A stretch of DNA of 64,000 nt from Bugula neritina (taxonomy: Eukaryota; Animalia; Bryozoa). Each line of letters starts with the position of its first letter. The first letter of the stretch is position 1. The position numbers and the translations under genes were made by a program. Location of the stretch: the NCBI GenBank assembly GCA_964035545.1, contig OZ037771.1, positions 11,040,480-11,104,479 of the forward strand, in the 5' to 3' direction. The notes beneath the pieces were generated by a model. That model saw nothing but the letters and a program-made list of their open reading frames with translations, had not been told where the DNA came from and did not search any database. Of this stretch, positions 59,447-64,000 are shown in pieces.

Positions 59447-61570
59447 AACTTATGCATTAGATGTAGCTGATTCCATTTATCGCAGAAAAATATTTTATTT
59501 GGAATTAGACACTGTAATCAGTGACTATTTTTAAGTTTGGTCATGCAGAGTCTAAAACCTACCACATGTATCTGTATGCAGTCACTATAATTATATAAAA
59601 TAGCAACAATATGACAACTATTAGCTCAGTGTTTTTCAGCCTATAAGGAAGGTTTGGGCAAAGTAAGGGTATATTGTATCTATATAAACTATTAAACCTG
59701 AACTGTGCATGAAGAGCATTTTGACCTCAAGTTGCTTGTTTTTCAACTTACAAGTGCATAATGCAGCAGATATAATTAAAGTAATAAAGAGAAATTGCTA
59801 AAATTCGAAACTTGTTTTGCAATTTGATGAGTTCACTTGCACAGCTAACCTTTTTCCATTATTAGTGTATCCTGTATGACATGTCCATATGTGCATGACA
59901 GCTTTATATAGAGGAGAAAGTTAAATATTTTTAGCCATTTTCTAAACGACAACATTAGCTGCAAATGTGATAAAGACTGCTAGCCACTATTTAGAAAAAA
60001 ACTGTGTTTATTTAGAACTACTTTATTGGTGTATGCTGTCAATGGTGATAAATATTTCTATAAACCATATAAAAGAAATTGCCGGAGTTTTCACTGTGAG
60101 CTATAATTTAAGCAAGGCCACTTATACTTACAATACATGTATGCAGTACTAATTGATCTGCAAAAATATGTTGATTATATTACAGCTTCAGAGTTATACT
60201 GTTCTTGCACTGTAAACTTATTGAGTATATATGCATCATTAGATTATATATATTCCGTTGTTTTATACCTGTATAAACTAATTATAAGTATACAATATTT
60301 CAATGCATAAAAAGCAATTATTTTTTTGTTTTGTTTGTATAATTTGTTCATACAGAAAGTTATGCTCTCTTTTGTTTTCATGTTTTTGTTTGGATTGCTT
60401 AGATACTGGCTTTGATCTTGTATTGACTCTTAGCCAATCAATAAGTTTTTTTGTAAAATAACAATTGCATCGATTAGACTGTGAAAATATTGATTAGAAA
60501 TTTCTGTTATTATAGTAGAAAGCAAAAAAAACAAAGCATTGGGTAATGCATTATTTTCATTTTAGCCTAATGCCGGCAGTATTCAAAAAGTGATGCCGGC
60601 ATTAGACTGTTGTGCTAATTGATTTTTTGAGTGCACTCTAAAACAAATGAAAGAGCCAAATATATATCTGACACCTGGAAATAAAATACAAAAGAACAAT
60701 TGAATTTAGCCATACCAAAACTTTTCAGTTAGCTGATAGCAAAAACAATTACTATGCTGTTGATTTGCAATAACATTTATGATCTGCTGAGCTATTAGCA
60801 ACTAGAATCAGTTAAAAATTCTGTTACCATGAAAAGTCAATCTTTCACATAGCCAGGTTTCTATATTAATACAGCACAAGTGGAAAAAAAATTATGCATT
60901 ATGTAGTATTCAAACTTCCCACACCAATTATGGGAAGCCATTTGCGTGGTAAAAAACATTGTGGTCTCATTTTCAGCCAAACTTTTTCAGACGCTTTTTT
61001 AAAAATTAAAATGCACATATTAAGCTCTGAAGCCAAATAAAGCTTATCAAAAGATTACAGGAGACAGACCCAGTTGCACAGCAAATCTTTCAACAAAACC
61101 ATCAAACTATAAAAACTTGCTCTATTTACAATTCTTGATACTCATTTATAAGTTTATTCAATTCACAAAAGCATGAGTTTTTTCCTAAACTGGTCATGAG
61201 AAACTTTGCATAAATAAAAATATATGCATTTTTCAACTTTTAGACTTTGTTATTTATAGTGAGAAAAAGTGTATAATAATTTAGTTACTTTACAAAATTT
61301 AAATTATATAGAGATGTGAAAATGAAATCTACCAACTAAAATAAAAAGTTTAAAGGAATAGTGTTGCAAAAAGTTTTACGAGAATGGAAAGTAACATATA
61401 AGTAGCCATAAAACTGCTATATTGGTTTAATAATTTCATGTCAACAACATCTTGTACTTCGTTATGTTTTTAATAGAATAAATAAGCTGAAAGATTAAAA
61501 GAATGTTTGGAGAAAAATAATTACTACTGTTAAAAATGATTTGTGCTGTTTATGCAGATTGCAAGGATTT
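59447..61570 (+). repeat. Third, more diverged copy of the hAT-containing segment (paralogous to ~36045-38340)
   Basis: Shared blocks ATGCATTAGATGTA.CTGAT, CAGTGTTT.TCAGCCTATAAGG (59627), TTTTGACCTCAAGTTGCTTG, TGAATTTAGCCATACCAAAAC and ATGCAGATTGCAAGG occur in the same order. Confidence 0.85.
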
Positions 61571-62927
61571 GCTATCTATATAAATTGCAAATCATACTGT
61601 TTTCATATTTTGTTTCAATATGACTATGTTACTATTGTAATTTAATTTTTGCACATATTCAATTAATTTGCTTTTTGCAAGCCAGTTAGGGTTATGTTGC
61701 ATCTCCCTGTACGGCTGTGGAGGTAAATACAGGACTGGCAGGTTTTCCTACAAAGACCAAATATATGTGTGCAATAACCTATGGGTAGCTCTTAGTATTT
61801 AGTGCGGTTTTTCTTGATCTGCTTGCAGTGCTGCGCTGCATGTACCGCCCCCTTTTGTTGTGTTGAAACTGATTTGATTGGTTGAATGGAATGAAAAAAA
61901 GCCTAAGTTAAACAGGCAATCAAAAGAGCCTTGCACAGGTAACTAAAGTTTAGATATACAGCATTGCATGAGTTTTAGTGTTTGTAATATATATAAACTG
62001 ATATAGATTGCTATATATATTATAGTGGTATTATTTTACTGCAAACAATGCACTGAAAGGGATTGTGGTTGTATTAATCAGTATAAATATGGTTTGCAAT
62101 TTCTTAGTGCTGCTATACAATATTTGGTACGTGAGCAGTAGGTGCATGCAATAAAAATTAACCGGGCTTTATTTGGCTACTGCAGTAGCCTTCTTGCTAC
62201 TTCGATATATTCTAGGGCTCTCCAATCAGGTAACAATTCTTATATATTGCTTAGTGTGCTATTATAGGTTTGGATGAATAATTAACGGCTATAACTAAGT
62301 ATGTGGTTTCTTTGATTTTATTGCTGAGAAGATGAAGGTCTTAATTATTTAGATATCTATTTTATATACATATTATAAACATATACATGTTTTATGTTAA
62401 TACACCTCTAAATTCTAATTATACCTACCTAATTGTTTATTGCATTTGCAAGGTATTAAGTCATACTTGCAACACCATGCTTAAAGAATTTAAATATCAT
62501 ACAAAAGCTTTAAAAACTAGGTTATAGTTGCTTTACCTATTCGAATATTTTCTTAGATGCAACACACCATGCATTCATGATACAGCAGCTCCCTAACTCA
62601 AGAAGATATTGCTTTTTTGTTATTATGCCAAATTACTTTATTAATCATAAAAATGCAGCATAAAATATTTAAAAACAAAGTTCTGCATGTATAGATGCAT
62701 TTATAAAAGCTACAGGCACCAGATTCAGGGGTAAAAAGTATTTTTAAAAGTTCATTGAAATCAAAATCTTTAATTGCAAAACTAAACCTTTACATAGAGT
62801 AAAGCCATTAGAACTATTACTTTGTATAATTTTATATTCATATGCGTGTGTTTTAAGATCTGATTCTAATTTTTTTTACTTGAAACACTCTTTATAATAA
62901 TTTTATATATATAGGACAACTGCAAGT

Positions 62928-63010
62928 ATGAGCACAGAAGGAAGCAATAACTTGATTAGTGAGGATGCCTCAAAGCTACCCTCTACTTCTGATTCTGCTT
63001 CAACTTCAAG
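62928..63010 (+). CDS. Possible first coding exon of an unidentified gene (MSTEGSNNLISEDASKLPSTSDSASTS...)
   Basis: AG acceptor at ~62914, ATG at 62928, open frame with higher GC than the flanks, donor AAG|GTAAAT after 63010. No homology recognised. Confidence 0.3.
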
Positions 63011-64000
63011 GTAAATAACTTTTTATAAAAATTTTGTTGCTTATTTCAATATTTATGCTTACTGCAGTTTGAATTTTCCTGTTGTTACAGTGGGTTAATG
63101 ACAAATGTAATCTCGGCTACTTTGATTTTGCTGTTTTACATTTTATTAATTCAATTGATTTAAATACAGTCAGTAAAATGTTTCTATGATCAAAACTTTG
63201 TTTTTTTGCCGGCATGTTTTAAATCTTGTTCAAACTGTATCTAACTTCCATGCATTGTCATATTTGAATTTGAATATTTCTACTTAAAATTTCAGAAAAT
63301 TTGGAAATGTTTAAACCTTGCCACTCAAACATGTGAGTGATTGAAATTCATGTATATTATATATTAGGATTTAATATTTCAAATGTGGAATGATGACTAA
63401 TATTATCAATAAATAATAATTTAACCATAATAATTAAAATATCTGTTACTATATTTTTTTATAGCTTTACAATTATTATAACAGTTATATAATCAAATGA
63501 GTTATGTTTGCTATTGTTTTTTTGCCTTACCACATTAAATGTTCATGCAATATTAGCAAATTATAAATATAAGCTTACAGATTGCTGTATCAATTAAAAC
63601 TAGAGTAGTGCAGTTTGATATATATTGTAAAGTGCATATTAATAATAACTACAAGTAATTAATAAAGAAAAATAAAATATAGCCTTATTTTATTTAACTA
63701 CATAGTCAGAATTATTTGTAAAACCTTTCAATGCTAACACACTAATAGTTTCATATTTTGTATATAATTGTAAGAGATCACACACATGGCAGCATTCCTT
63801 ATATACCTAGTTAAACTTAATCTACCTAATAATATGGTGGTAATTTTACCTAATTTAGTACAAACTGGTAAAAGATAAGGCAAAATTTTTTTGCTCAAAG
63901 GTTTATAAAATGTTAAATAGTAAATAAAATAACACTGTGATTGTTCTTGTTGTGTAGGCCTATATGTATTGCTTATTATTAACTTTGACTTTTCATGCCC

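Overview
AT-rich, intron-containing eukaryotic DNA, most likely from an invertebrate animal; the species cannot be determined from the sequence. The six-frame ORF track misses the real genes because they are spliced. Manual exon reconstruction gives two tandem + strand SAMHD1-like dNTP triphosphohydrolase paralogs: the last five exons of one copy (719-4060) and a complete copy of about 544 aa (19200-25718). About 310 bp after the second stop codon lies a very young Penelope-like element (PLE) complex (26034-30751). It consists of an intact RT + GIY-YIG ORF on the - strand with its pseudo-LTR, fused through a 3-bp microhomology to an inverted, 5'-truncated copy. Both outer 3' ends run into (TA)n, and the complex carries three minimal type I hammerhead ribozymes. 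Other elements: a decayed Gypsy LTR element (8041-12677), a decayed R4/Dong-type LINE in (TAA)n (46021-48978), a pogo-like remnant, a decayed Charlie/Buster-type hAT copied by a 3.08-kb tandem duplication plus a third dispersed copy, several foldback/MITE palindromes and microsatellites. An inverted pair of 29-bp hammerhead-half fragments sits inside a (TA)n tract in a SAMHD1 intron. All alignments were done by eye and human SAMHD1 residue numbers are recalled, not computed.
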